A DNA stretch of 64,000 nucleotides from Candidatus Babeliales bacterium (GTDB lineage: Bacteria > Babelota > Babeliae > Babelales > JANWKD01), in contig CAVRJM010000001.1 of the NCBI GenBank assembly GCA_963722075.1, forward strand, positions 1,024,001 to 1,088,000, written 5' to 3'. Under the pieces are notes generated by a model, which was not told the origin of the DNA, searched no databases, and was given only the letters and a program-made list of their open reading frames with translations. The translations under genes were made by a program, and so were the position numbers. Shown in pieces: positions 1 through 11,884 of the stretch (within the stretch, counting starts at the first letter, position 1; every line of letters starts with the position of its first letter).

Positions 1-1533
1 ATATTTTTTGAGCAGTTCTTCGACTATCATTATTTTACCCACACCAACGGCTTTTAAGAAAACGTACTCCGCAAGTTCATTATATTTTTTATTGCTGTTA
101 GGTTCTGAATCTAAACTATCAAATACACCGGTAGCATTTTTTTCAATAGCTAAACATATCAGATTGAGCAGATTATCATCATCAACTCTATACTTATTTT
201 TTTCTTCTTTAAATTTTTCTAATAAAAGTGGCCATGCCTCTTTAAAACTGGTACGAAGCGCTACAAATAGGGGCGTATTTATTTGAAATTTCTTATTATA
301 ATTATTTTTATGCACATAATTAACGCAAACATCTTTAGCAAGCAATGCCTCAACTAACTTTTTACTTCTAATTAATACCGCATGAGCAAGCGGTGTCATG
401 CCATATAAATCAGGTTGATCATATTCAAAAGAATTTGACCAATGTTCAAGTAAATAAAGAGCTAATGGCACTTTTTCTTTTTTAATCAAATAATGAAAGG
501 GCGTCTCATTTTCAATGGTACATGATCGAACTAAAGAAGAATCATTTTTAAGCACTATATCAATTTCTTCGATTGAGTTAACCATATGGAGCGGCGTAAG
601 ACCTATCACTTTTTTATAGCATTCATTATTCTTTTCTTTTGGTATATATTCTTTTAATTCTTCTAAGCGAAATAAAAAATCTTTTGGAAAATTCATTTTA
701 GAATTCTTACAACAAGAAGCATGGAGTTCTTTAATTTTTTTAAAAAGGGAAACTAATGCCTTATTTTTCAACCAACAAGCCCGTTGATAGGGTATTACAC
801 CATACATATCTTGAGCACAGCATATTCCAAATGTTGCTTCCATGCATTTTGTTAATGAATTTTTCAATAGAATCACTGTATCGCTGGCATCCTTAAAGGT
901 ATGAAGCGGTGCTAAACCAATCTTGCTATTATTCAATTTAAATTCTTGTTTAAGCATTCTCTTCATTTCTTTAGAAAAAACATTCGTATGGGGTTGGTAT
1001 TCTGTCATATATTGTTGCTTTAATTGTTCTTTACAATGCGTTTTGACTTCTTTTATGCTAGCCGATCCATCAAGGATGGCTAATAACTTATAACAATATT
1101 CAGCCCGTTCAATTAAAATCCATAGAAGCTCAATCGCTTCTTTCACGCGGCCGTCCTTAAGCATAGTTAATAATGCAGTTTCTCTTTCATTAGAAAAAGA
1201 AACAGGATTTACCCCACAGGTTATTAAAGCAGGTATTCGTGTTGCTTGTTGTACGGTAAATAATACCGGGTACTGCGAATGAGGTGGCTTTTGGCAAAGA
1301 TCACGCATTCTATCCTGAAGCTCTAGGGGAATCATTCGCCATTTTTCATGAATTAGATGAGCTGGGTATATAGAATATTCATTAAAAAAAAATCGCATTG
1401 TTCTATTAAGCAATGATTCAACTTGGCCAGAAGAAACATAGGGAAAAAGTGGAGTTATCTCTTGAGGAGTCTCAGATGCCGATCCAAATAATAATTGTGT
1501 AGCTAATGCTATTTTTGCAAACATAATCTCCAT
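1..1533 (-). CDS. Ankyrin-repeat-like exported protein, 3' end runs off the window
   Basis: Not in ORF track. Hand translation from ATG 1533/1524: MEIMFAKIALATQLLFGSASETPQEITPLF..., later IGLAPLH, IGLTPLH, ETPFHYL, DQPDLYGMTPLAHAV (ankyrin G-x-TPLH-like). AAGGA upstream. Confidence 0.7.
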   Translation of the reverse strand, partial: MEIMFAKIALATQLLFGSASETPQEITPLFPYVSSGQVESLLNRTMRFFFNEYSIYPAHLIHEKWRMIPLELQDRMRDLCQKPPHSQYPVLFTVQQATRIPALITCGVNPVSFSNERETALLTMLKDGRVKEAIELLWILIERAEYCYKLLAILDGSASIKEVKTHCKEQLKQQYMTEYQPHTNVFSKEMKRMLKQEFKLNNSKIGLAPLHTFKDASDTVILLKNSLTKCMEATFGICCAQDMYGVIPYQRACWLKNKALVSLFKKIKELHASCCKNSKMNFPKDFLFRLEELKEYIPKEKNNECYKKVIGLTPLHMVNSIEEIDIVLKNDSSLVRSCTIENETPFHYLIKKEKVPLALYLLEHWSNSFEYDQPDLYGMTPLAHAVLIRSKKLVEALLAKDVCVNYVHKNNYNKKFQINTPLFVALRTSFKEAWPLLLEKFKEEKNKYRVDDDNLLNLICLAIEKNATGVFDSLDSEPNSNKKYNELAEYVFLKAVGVGKIMIVEELLKKY

Positions 1534-1621
1534 TCCTTTATATAAAGTATACTAATATGAATAATACATATTGTACTACAATTTAAAAGGAATGTAAAAT
1601 TTATTTTAAATAGAATTTATC

Positions 1622-2773
1622 CTACTCTTTTGTTGCTTGCGTACCCTGCCTCATAAAGGTAGGAATATCTAGATCATCTTGGTAAATTTCTGGGTTAATA
1701 AGGGGGTCTTGCTTAACCAATCCAGGCTCTATTTTCTCTTTAGCAGCTGTTTTTGCCTGCTCAACGGCCGGTTTGTAGGCAATAGCTGCCTCTTTTTGAA
1801 TTGCTTGCTGTTCTCCAAAACCAGTCGCAATCACCGTAATGATTATTTCGTTAGAAAGCTGTGGATCAATGACAGAGCCCACTATTATATTAGCATGAGG
1901 ATCTGCTTCTTTGGTGATAATATCAGCCGCATCACCCAGTTCATATAAGGCTAAATCAGGTCCGCCAGAAATATTTAATAATACTCCTTGCGCGCCCTTT
2001 ATGCTCATATTTTCTAAAAGTGGTGAAGATATTGCTTGATACGCAGCTTGTGCAGCACGATCAGCTCCAGTAGCCCTACCAGTTCCCATTACAGCCAATC
2101 CCATATCTTTCATAATGGTGCGTACATCAGCAAAATCGACATTTATGTGGCCTGGTTTAGAAATAATATCAGAGATTCCTTTAACCGATTGATTCAAAAT
2201 CCCATTAATAAGCGCAAATGCATCGATCATTGAAACATGCTTATCAACAACTTCAAGTAACTTTTGGTTTGGAATTACCAAAAGCGTATCAACCTCTTTT
2301 TTTAATTGCTGAATCGCTTCTTGAGCTACAATTGCTCTTTTTTTTCCTTCAAAATCAAACGGTTTAGTGACAACCGCAATTGATAAAATATTTTTTTCCT
2401 TGAGTGCTCGTGCAATAACGGGTAACGCGCCAGATCCTGTTCCCCCGCCAAGACCACCGGTCAAGAAAACAATATTAGCATCAGCTAAACATTCCATAAG
2501 AGTAGTTAAATCTTCTTCAGCAGCACGTTTACCAAGTTCTGGATTTGCACCAGTTCCTAATCCCTTAGTTGATTTGATCCCTAATTGTATTTTTATCGGC
2601 GCTTTTGAAAGTGATAATGCTTGTGCGTCAGTATTAGTAGCAATAAATTCAATTCCTTGAAATTGAGCATCAATCATACTATTAATTGTGTTACCGCCGC
2701 CACCTCCCACACCAATAACTTTAATTCGTGCAAGCGGTTTTGGTTCTTCTTGTATGATCTCAAATTCTAACAT
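1622..2773 (-). CDS. ftsZ: Cell division GTPase FtsZ
   Basis: IKVIGVGGGGGN, GGGTGSG tubulin signature, INVDFAD, C-terminal DDLDIPTFMR. Confidence 0.98.
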   Translation of the reverse strand: MLEFEIIQEEPKPLARIKVIGVGGGGGNTINSMIDAQFQGIEFIATNTDAQALSLSKAPIKIQLGIKSTKGLGTGANPELGKRAAEEDLTTLMECLADANIVFLTGGLGGGTGSGALPVIARALKEKNILSIAVVTKPFDFEGKKRAIVAQEAIQQLKKEVDTLLVIPNQKLLEVVDKHVSMIDAFALINGILNQSVKGISDIISKPGHINVDFADVRTIMKDMGLAVMGTGRATGADRAAQAAYQAISSPLLENMSIKGAQGVLLNISGGPDLALYELGDAADIITKEADPHANIIVGSVIDPQLSNEIIITVIATGFGEQQAIQKEAAIAYKPAVEQAKTAAKEKIEPGLVKQDPLINPEIYQDDLDIPTFMRQGTQATKE

Positions 2774-2954
2774 ACTACTCTCCTTTTAATACACGTTGAG
2801 CAATTCTCTTTATTTTTTGTACGTAATTATTTTATGAATGTTCTTATGTAGCAGTATCAATTTTTTTATTACAGCAATGCAATAGTTAACTATTTATTTT
2901 TTCAGTTAAAGCATGATATAGTTGCTCCAAATAATTATCTATAAGGATTATCTT

Positions 2955-3629
2955 ATGAAAAATATGCTTAGATTAAGTATAGTATCTTTGTTATATTCTG
3001 TTTACAGCATTTGTATGGATCCAGCAATCGATCAAAGCCTTATGAGCTTAAAAAGAGGATTGCGACAGTTACATCAAGAATTAGTACCAGCTGGCAATTT
3101 GCCACCAACAATGCGCGTAATACCAACTATGGCAGAAGAAGTGGAAGAAGAAGAGCCTACTTTTATTGAAAAAGACGAACGTGGTGGGGTACGTCACCTT
3201 TCTCGTCACAAATTTGGGAAACTCAGAAGAGCTCATCGAAGCACGCATCGCCGAACTACCTTATTCAAATGCAAGCGCGGTAAATGTCGCAAAGTAGAGC
3301 AGTATATTGCTGGATCTCAAGAACATAGTAAGCATGATCAAATAAGAAGAGCATTTTTTGAATTGCAAAAAAAATATGGCATTTGTGTAGCTCGCCCTCA
3401 ACAAACACGCTTACCAATTGCTGAACGACGAGCGTGGGGAAAAAATCCAAATCGCAAACAAATTATTGCATTGCGCAGTGAATTAAACGAGTTACTAAAA
3501 AAAGATACTTTAATGGGTTCTGAAATTACCCTCATAAAAAATAAAATCAACCAGTTGCGCCAATTAAATCCTCGTCGCTGGCCAAAACCAGAAGATTATG
3601 AAGAAGTTTTAACGGCAAGAGAGCTCTAG
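2955..3629 (+). CDS. Exported basic protein with N-terminal heptad tag and Cys/Arg-rich motif
   Basis: AAGGA RBS before ATG 2955; signal peptide; LMSLKRGLRQLHQEL; FKCKRGKCRKV. Confidence 0.75.
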   Translation: MKNMLRLSIVSLLYSVYSICMDPAIDQSLMSLKRGLRQLHQELVPAGNLPPTMRVIPTMAEEVEEEEPTFIEKDERGGVRHLSRHKFGKLRRAHRSTHRRTTLFKCKRGKCRKVEQYIAGSQEHSKHDQIRRAFFELQKKYGICVARPQQTRLPIAERRAWGKNPNRKQIIALRSELNELLKKDTLMGSEITLIKNKINQLRQLNPRRWPKPEDYEEVLTAREL

Positions 3630-3697
3630 AAGGGTTTTCTAGCTTTTAAGGCTGCGTATATGCTATACTCAAAATAAACCTAAAAAATGGAGGATAT

Positions 3698-4063
3698 ATG
3701 AATAAATTCTATACAATTACTACCTTACTGCTTTTAGCAGCTACCAGCCAATTTAATACCATGCAAGCACAGCCAACCCAACAAGAATGGGATGAATTAC
3801 AAGAAAAAGTAGATGCTCTTACCGTGCGTGTTGATGCATTAGAAGAAAAATCTGAAGCCCGTAAGCAAGCGCGAGAAAAAATTAAAGCTCAATTTGCTGG
3901 AAGACGACATGGTGTACCGGGCAAATTTGCAGGGCGTCATAAATACAAATGTAAAGGCGGCAGATGTAAAAGAGTATCAGGTCGCAAATTTAATCGCTTA
4001 CAAAATAAACGAGGATTCACCTGTACTGGCGATGTTTGTAAAGCAACAGAATCCGCTGAGTAA
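3698..4063 (+). CDS. Exported small coiled-coil protein with cationic Cys-paired tail
   Basis: GGAGG RBS; signal peptide; YKCKGGRCKRV and FTCTGDVCK. Confidence 0.8.
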   Translation: MNKFYTITTLLLLAATSQFNTMQAQPTQQEWDELQEKVDALTVRVDALEEKSEARKQAREKIKAQFAGRRHGVPGKFAGRHKYKCKGGRCKRVSGRKFNRLQNKRGFTCTGDVCKATESAE

Positions 4064-4096
4064 TTTAGTTTCATAACATAAAGGATGGCAGCATTA

Positions 4097-5311
4097 TTAA
4101 AAGAAATCTGCCATCCAAGATTTCATACGATTCATAATGCGCATCACCAACGGGCCTGCATGCGTTGTTATAATATCATTATTTTTTTGTGCACATACTA
4201 ATAATCCGTAGCCGGTTGCATAAATGGGATTATTTAACAAAATAACGTTATCTATATTTGGTGGATTACCAATGCGCACTGGCACTTTAAAAATCTCCTG
4301 TGCTAATTCCTGCATACCACCTAAAAGCGATCCGCCACCGGTGAGTACCAATCCCGATGCCATGTTTTTTCTCAAACCATGCGTGGTAACTTCTGTATGA
4401 ATAAGGCGTAATAATTCTTGAGCACGTGCTTCTAAAATAGTAATAATTTGAGATGAAGCTATAGTTCTTTTACCAGTGCTTATTGATTCAATCTCAACAC
4501 ACTGAGTATATTGATTATCCCACAATACTGAACCAAATTCTTTTTTAATACGCTCAGCCTCATAAAGAGTTGTATTTAACCCAACTGCTAAATCATGGGT
4601 AAAATGATTACCAGCAACGGGAATAACTTTAGTAAAAGCGATTGCATCACGGCAAAAAAGCGCAATATCGGATGTGCCACCACCAATATCAACCATTAAT
4701 ACTCCCAATTTTTTTTCATCAGGAGTTAATACTGCTTGAGCAGATGCTAATTGCTCTAATATTATATCAGTAACTTTCACACCCGCCATTTCACAACATT
4801 TGATCAGATTATGCACTGAGGCAATAGAGCCGGTAATAATATGAACTTCTGCTTCTAAGCGAACACCATACATACCTACTGGATTTAATACTTTTTCTTG
4901 ATTATCGATGATAAAGTGCTGTGGCAATACATGTAAAATTTGGTGCCCTTCAGGAACATTAATTGCACGTGCCGTCGCAATAACCTGCGCAATATCTGAG
5001 GTTTTAATCTCACCCCGCTTAATAGGAACCATGCCATGCGAATTAAGCGATTTAATATGACTCCCTGAAATTCCTATACATGCCGATTCAATACTACAAT
5101 CAGCCATTAATTCTGCTTCGCGAATTGCTTGTTTAATTGATTTCACCGTCTTATCAATATCAATCACTACTCCTTTTGCAAGCCCCTCAGAGGGTGCTCT
5201 GCCGATACCGATAATAGTATGAGCATCATCATTAAGAGCTATTAACACACAAATTTTAGTAGTCCCAATATCTATTGCCACGGTAATTTGATCAGAAAAA
5301 AATTTTTTCAT
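4097..5311 (-). CDS. ftsA: Cell division protein FtsA
   Basis: AIDIGTTKI, VDIGGGTSD, EAERIK, VLTGGG actin-fold motifs. Confidence 0.97.
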   Translation of the reverse strand: MKKFFSDQITVAIDIGTTKICVLIALNDDAHTIIGIGRAPSEGLAKGVVIDIDKTVKSIKQAIREAELMADCSIESACIGISGSHIKSLNSHGMVPIKRGEIKTSDIAQVIATARAINVPEGHQILHVLPQHFIIDNQEKVLNPVGMYGVRLEAEVHIITGSIASVHNLIKCCEMAGVKVTDIILEQLASAQAVLTPDEKKLGVLMVDIGGGTSDIALFCRDAIAFTKVIPVAGNHFTHDLAVGLNTTLYEAERIKKEFGSVLWDNQYTQCVEIESISTGKRTIASSQIITILEARAQELLRLIHTEVTTHGLRKNMASGLVLTGGGSLLGGMQELAQEIFKVPVRIGNPPNIDNVILLNNPIYATGYGLLVCAQKNNDIITTHAGPLVMRIMNRMKSWMADFF

Positions 5312-6024
5312 AAACTCCCCATGTCTCTTTGAGTAATGATAATTTGATTTTTAAAGCGCATATCAATCAACCATTTTTTTTTACTACCATTTTTTTGAAC
5401 TAAAATCTGTTGCTTAATTTGTTGATATTGCTTCTGTAATTTTTCATCAAAAATGAGTTGATAATGCCCTACTAACGTAAACATTTGATTATTTTTATCT
5501 TGTAATTCAATAACCGTATGATCAATCCAAGTAACCGTAAAATAATCGAATAACCAAGAAGGAGATGTTTTAAAAAACGTTAAAAAAAATGGCACATAGA
5601 GATCATGTTGATTTTTCATCATAACATGCGGCAATGAAGTGAGCACGTTATTATTACATGCTATTTGTTCAACGATACCACCATGAGCCAATAAAAGTAC
5701 GTTATTAATGAATAACAACGGTTGATGGCTATATACATGACAACGAGCAGTATGCGGATAGGCGTATCCTATTTCTATTTTACGAACGGTGGAAAAATTC
5801 TTTTTTAATTCATCTAAGGCAAGTTGTGTAAATGGTTTTCCTAAAAAAAGCTTATTTGCTTGCTGAGTAATTATTTGCTTAAGCTCTGTTGAAATATAAG
5901 AATCAAAATTAAAAACAACAGACGATACCACAAAAAAATGGCTACATACAAACCAATACGCCAAACAGATCAATATAAGTCCACTCGTACCGATTAATAA
6001 ACCGGTGCTGGTAACCATTTTCAT
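5308..6024 (-). CDS. Divergent FtsQ/DivIB-like protein
   Basis: Single N-terminal TM, POTRA-like YPHT segment, C-terminal IDMRFKNQI, overlaps ftsA start. Confidence 0.65.
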   Translation of the reverse strand: MKMVTSTGLLIGTSGLILICLAYWFVCSHFFVVSSVVFNFDSYISTELKQIITQQANKLFLGKPFTQLALDELKKNFSTVRKIEIGYAYPHTARCHVYSHQPLLFINNVLLLAHGGIVEQIACNNNVLTSLPHVMMKNQHDLYVPFFLTFFKTSPSWLFDYFTVTWIDHTVIELQDKNNQMFTLVGHYQLIFDEKLQKQYQQIKQQILVQKNGSKKKWLIDMRFKNQIIITQRDMGSL

Positions 6025-6256
6025 TGTATCCCCTAATCCCTCTAAAGATTATTTTCGCACAATAACCTTTTATCAATTTAATACAATTTTGCAATTATAA
6101 TTGTCAATAATTTAGAAAAGATTAAGGAATACTTCTAAGAACTTTTTTAGAACACAAAGAAATACAGATAACTATATTATCAAATACCTCACAACATTGA
6201 CCCTTACTGACTTGAGATACCTCCCAGTTATTAAAGTTTCAATCTGTATTTTTCAT

Positions 6257-6284
6257 TGACAATAAAGCTTATTTAACTATACTT
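6257..6284 (+). promoter_or_regulatory. Sigma70-type promoter
   Basis: TTGACA-16 nt-TATACT upstream of the phosphatase gene. Confidence 0.5.
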
Positions 6285-6306
6285 ATAAATATATAAAATT
6301 AGTTAA

Positions 6307-7959
6307 ATGGGGGATTTTATGCATTCTATTCTCAAAAAAATAGCTTTAATACTATTGATTATAGGCCAAGCTCAGGCAGGATGGGTTCCTTCTTGGCTGA
6401 GTTCAGCATTACCACAATTATCAAATAAGCAAACAACATTTATTGGTGTTGGCCTTGGTTTGGCCACTGTTGGTTTGGGCAGCTATTTACTCTATAAAAA
6501 ATTAAATAGCCTCCCTTTAATAACAAATCAAATTACTAACGCCCCAGAATTTATTACGTTTGATGATTGGAATTTGGATTGTAATAATCTTCCTCGCTAC
6601 ATTATGACGGAAAAAAACAAGGAGCCTTATCATAACCCCACTCAAACACCATTAATAGCTGCTGATCTTCAAACAGCATTGGATCATTATTTTCAGCTTT
6701 TACAAAATAACGATAATTTTACTAATAACGAAAATTGGGTAAATCAAGAACGGCCCGAAAAACTACTTACTTCATTACAAAAAAATAAAAATAATGTCTT
6801 TGATCCGTATGTTGAAAAATTGGTGGTAAAACCTGGTTCTGTTATTTCATTTCATGGTGATTTGCATGGCGACATCCATTCTCTTAATCATTATTTATGT
6901 TATTTAAAAGAAAAAAGGTATTTAGATCAAAAAAATCCTTTCAAAATTGCTGAAGAGCATAATGATTTTTATATGGTCTTTTTAGGCGATTATACAGATC
7001 GTGGCTGGTATGGAGCGGAAGTTATTTATACCATTTTGCGCCTTAAAATAGAAAACCCTGATAAGGTGATTTTAGTACGCGGTAACCATGAAGATTATGA
7101 TATCAATAAACGTTATGGATTTATTGAAGAGCTCGAACATAAATTCGGTGAAAAATCAATTATCAAAAGAATGTTTGGTACAAATCCAGCAACAACCCTT
7201 ATGGCATCTATACAAAAAATGTATGAAACATTGCCACTCGCTTTATATATAGGTTCAGGAACTGAAGATCATAACGATTTTATTATTTGTTGCCATGGCG
7301 GTATTGAATTTGGCTTTGATCCATTACCATTACTTAACCATGAATCACCACACGCCTATACTAAGCTAGGCATAATAGACCGTGAAAAACAATTAGAGAA
7401 ATTACCACAATATAAATTACTTAAAAAAGGCTTTGTTAATATTGGCAAGGCGGATTTAAACCATTTTTTACCTACCAGTATTTTTGATCTTAATACTTTT
7501 TTATTCATAGGATTCCAATGGAATGATTACGAAGTTGATCTCACTCGTGAAGAAGTTCCTTGGTTTATTGAATTAATTAAGGACCGAGGTTTTCGTATTG
7601 GAAAAACATTTAATGAAGTCATGCTTAATGTGCAAAGCAATGAACGTAATACTGTACGAGGCGTTTTCAGAGCGCATCAACACAGCCCAGATAAAAATGA
7701 TCCTATGATGCGAAGAATATTAAATCTTGATGAATTCGATCATCATTGTAATGCCGGCGTAGGAAGATTATGGATTGAGAATTTACCACGCAACGAAGAC
7801 AAACTCTGGAATAATATTGTATGCACTTTTAACGTATCACCGCACACCCCTTATCAAATGGCAATGTTCAATTATGATACCTATGGCCTTTTAACCGTAG
7901 ATGAACAATTTGAAGATTGGCGCCTCAAAGTAGTTCGACAAGAAATGTTTAATCAGTAA
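6307..7959 (+). CDS. Exported PPP-family (calcineurin-like) Ser/Thr phosphatase
   Basis: GDLHG, GDYTDRG, RGNHE, HGG, RAHQ motifs; signal peptide plus hydrophobic segment; start may be 6319. Confidence 0.88.
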   Translation: MGDFMHSILKKIALILLIIGQAQAGWVPSWLSSALPQLSNKQTTFIGVGLGLATVGLGSYLLYKKLNSLPLITNQITNAPEFITFDDWNLDCNNLPRYIMTEKNKEPYHNPTQTPLIAADLQTALDHYFQLLQNNDNFTNNENWVNQERPEKLLTSLQKNKNNVFDPYVEKLVVKPGSVISFHGDLHGDIHSLNHYLCYLKEKRYLDQKNPFKIAEEHNDFYMVFLGDYTDRGWYGAEVIYTILRLKIENPDKVILVRGNHEDYDINKRYGFIEELEHKFGEKSIIKRMFGTNPATTLMASIQKMYETLPLALYIGSGTEDHNDFIICCHGGIEFGFDPLPLLNHESPHAYTKLGIIDREKQLEKLPQYKLLKKGFVNIGKADLNHFLPTSIFDLNTFLFIGFQWNDYEVDLTREEVPWFIELIKDRGFRIGKTFNEVMLNVQSNERNTVRGVFRAHQHSPDKNDPMMRRILNLDEFDHHCNAGVGRLWIENLPRNEDKLWNNIVCTFNVSPHTPYQMAMFNYDTYGLLTVDEQFEDWRLKVVRQEMFNQ

Positions 7960-8283
7960 TCAAAAAATACACGGTATTTCGAACTCAATTACCTTTTGCC
8001 TTCTTTAGAAATTTAAAGTATTATTGAAGTATAGGATACAAGCTTTCTTTTACCTCTCACAAACCTATAACTCTTCTAAAAAAAGCTTAAAAAAGTAGCA
8101 TGCCTTGAGGCACAAAATCTTCTTTACATTTTTGCACAAATCTATTATTTTAAGAAAGAAAATATGAGTCTGTTACTGTAAGTTATTCCTCAAACATTCC
8201 CACAAATCCAGTATAAAAACAGCACTCATAGCTCTGTAGTTTTTTGTTAAATTTTTGCACCATTTTTTAAACAAGGAGGAATC

Positions 8284-8568
8284 ATGTTTGAAAAGATGAA
8301 ACCCTTAGGCGATAAAGTACTCGTTAAGCGTATTGAACATGAAGCAAAAACGCCAGGCGGTATCATAATCCCAGACGCTGCTAAAGAAAAGGCACAACAA
8401 GGTACCGTCATTGCCGCAGGACCAGGCAGAACTACTCCTGAAGGAAAAGTAATTCCATTAGGTGTTCAGGTTGGCAACCAAGTGTTTTTTGGTAAATATG
8501 CTGGCACTGAAGCAGGAAATGACTATCTCATTATCCGAGAAGATGAAATTCTAGGAATCGTTGAATAA
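8284..8568 (+). CDS. groES: Co-chaperonin GroES
   Basis: KPLGDKVLV, TPGGIIIPD, GKYAGTE. Confidence 0.98.
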   Translation: MFEKMKPLGDKVLVKRIEHEAKTPGGIIIPDAAKEKAQQGTVIAAGPGRTTPEGKVIPLGVQVGNQVFFGKYAGTEAGNDYLIIREDEILGIVE

Positions 8569-8581
8569 CTAAGTAAATTAA

Positions 8582-10237
<1,656 letters not shown>

Positions 10238-10257
10238 GAAATATTCCGCGTACAAAA

Positions 10258-10298
10258 CAAAAAAAGGCTCGCAGTAATTTATGCTGCGGGCCTTTTTT
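10258..10298 (+). terminator. Intrinsic terminator after groEL
   Basis: aaaaaaggctcgcag...ctgcgggcctttttt hairpin plus T-tract. Confidence 0.85.
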
Positions 10299-10374
10299 GT
10301 ATAAACAAAGTTTACTTTGTTTAAATCGTAATTTGAATAATCATTATTTTAAATGTAATCAATGAAAGATTTCT

Positions 10375-10752
10375 ATGAAAAAATTTATTCTTGTAACTTT
10401 ACTTGCGGCTACTCAAGCAACTTTTTGCTTAAATGAAAATCATGATTCAACCGACGATCAAATTTGTCAAAATGTTGAACATTTTTTTAATGAAGTAGTT
10501 CATAATAAACGTGAAGAGGGAATGGAAAAAATCGAAGCCTTTTTTGATCTTCGCGAATTCTGTGAATGCAATAGCAACCAACTAGAAGATTGCTGCCCTA
10601 TACTTTCGGAAAAAAGCGCTCAAATAGTAAAAAATTATCAATTTATGACTGAGGATGGTCAAGTTGCTCCAGAAATATGTATGTTCTTAAAAAAGCTTAA
10701 GGAAAATGGTTCAATTATCTTTAAGGAAAATTCTATTCATATTAAACAGTAA
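10375..10752 (+). CDS. Exported hypothetical Cys-rich protein
   Basis: Signal peptide MKKFILVTLLAATQATFC; several Cys. Confidence 0.7.
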   Translation: MKKFILVTLLAATQATFCLNENHDSTDDQICQNVEHFFNEVVHNKREEGMEKIEAFFDLREFCECNSNQLEDCCPILSEKSAQIVKNYQFMTEDGQVAPEICMFLKKLKENGSIIFKENSIHIKQ

Positions 10753-10759
10753 AATAATA

Positions 10760-10814
10760 GATTACTATGTATATCCATTTATATGCGGTATACATAGTAA
10801 TCTCCACAGCTTAA
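10760..10814. repeat. Hairpin repeat, copy 1, upstream of TA module
   Basis: GATTACTATGTATA...TATACATAGTAATC perfect inverted repeat followed by TCCACAGCTTAA; related to 11591-11644. Confidence 0.7.
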
Positions 10815-10924
10815 TTCCTTATCTAATCTTTAAAATTACGAACTGTTTTAAGCTTATTATATACATTGTATCAACAATGTGATAACATTATTAATAATTA
10901 TAATGTTTATTTTTTAGGATTTTT

Positions 10925-11164
10925 ATGAATAAAAAGCTTACAAAGCATGGAAATAGCTTAGCCTTGGTAATAGATAAGCCATTATTAAAGCTCCTTAAAA
11001 TTAACGAAAAAACCTTATTGGAAATATCTATTAAGGATAATACGCTTATTATAAAACCAACTACTGTAAAAAAAGCGAAGAAAAAAGAAGCCTCTATTGA
11101 TGAAATTGCCGAACAAATCATGAATAAATATGATATTACTTTTAAAAAACTTTCTAAAACGTAA
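10925..11164 (+). CDS. AbrB/MazE-family antitoxin
   Basis: KLTKHGNSLALVIDK AbrB motif; translationally coupled (TAATG) to toxin. Confidence 0.9.
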   Translation: MNKKLTKHGNSLALVIDKPLLKLLKINEKTLLEISIKDNTLIIKPTTVKKAKKKEASIDEIAEQIMNKYDITFKKLSKT

Positions 11165-11562
11165 TGGACATTTATTTTTTATCACTTCAAGAAGTCATTT
11201 TTTTGCACAAAAAAATTATGGAACGTTATGGAAATGGCTCTATGCTTATCAGAGATTTATCCCTTTTAGAATCAGCGGTTGCCCAACCTCAAGCAACCGC
11301 ATTTGGCAATTATCTTCATAATGATTTATTTGAAATGGCATCTGCGTATGCTTTTCATATTATTAAAAATCATCCTTTTATCGATGGCAATAAACGAACA
11401 GGATTACTTATTGCATTAACGTTTCTAATGCGCAATGGAGTAGAAATAACCACATCATCTAAAGATTTATATGATTTTGCTCTTGATATTGCATCTTCAA
11501 AAATAAACAAAGAAGAAATCGCTAGTTTCTTTAATAAACATTCAAAACTTATTGGTAATTAA
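11164..11562 (+). CDS. doc: Death-on-curing (Doc/Fic) toxin
   Basis: IRDLSLLESAV, HPFIDGNKRT Doc motif. Confidence 0.92.
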   Translation: MDIYFLSLQEVIFLHKKIMERYGNGSMLIRDLSLLESAVAQPQATAFGNYLHNDLFEMASAYAFHIIKNHPFIDGNKRTGLLIALTFLMRNGVEITTSSKDLYDFALDIASSKINKEEIASFFNKHSKLIGN

Positions 11563-11590
11563 TTCATTTTCTCTAATTCATATAAACAGG

Positions 11591-11644
11591 GATTACTATA
11601 TCTACTTGCGTGAATAGGTATACATGGTAATTTCCGCAGCTTAA
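11591..11644. repeat. Hairpin repeat, copy 2, downstream of TA module
   Basis: GATTACTATATCTA...TAGGTATACATGGTAATTTCCGCAGCTTAA. Confidence 0.65.
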
Positions 11645-11661
11645 CCCTCTTGATGCCCCAT

Positions 11662-11688
11662 GTCATTGCGAGCTCGCGAAGCAATCCA
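11662..11688 (+). repeat. REP/RPE-like palindrome, family A
   Basis: GTCATTGCGAGCTCGCGAAGCAATCCA; related copies at 12536, 23636, 23809, 34796, 45718, 61040. Confidence 0.85.
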
Positions 11689-11884
11689 TTAATAAATAAA
11701 AGTCCGAATACCTTACTTGCAAAATTAAAATTTTAATTTTATAAAATGGATCCTTCACAGTCGTTTATAATAGTATATACAACTGAATCTTCTGGAAACT
11801 GTTTACTCAAAAAAGGCCTTTTTGCTAATATAACAATAGATAGAATCTTATCTTTTTTATAATTTTATTCAAAACGGGGGTATT

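Noticed and set aside
8215..8250. Possible CIRCE element before groES (AGCACTC)
   Set aside because: Only a half-site; the GAGTGCTAA arm is absent.
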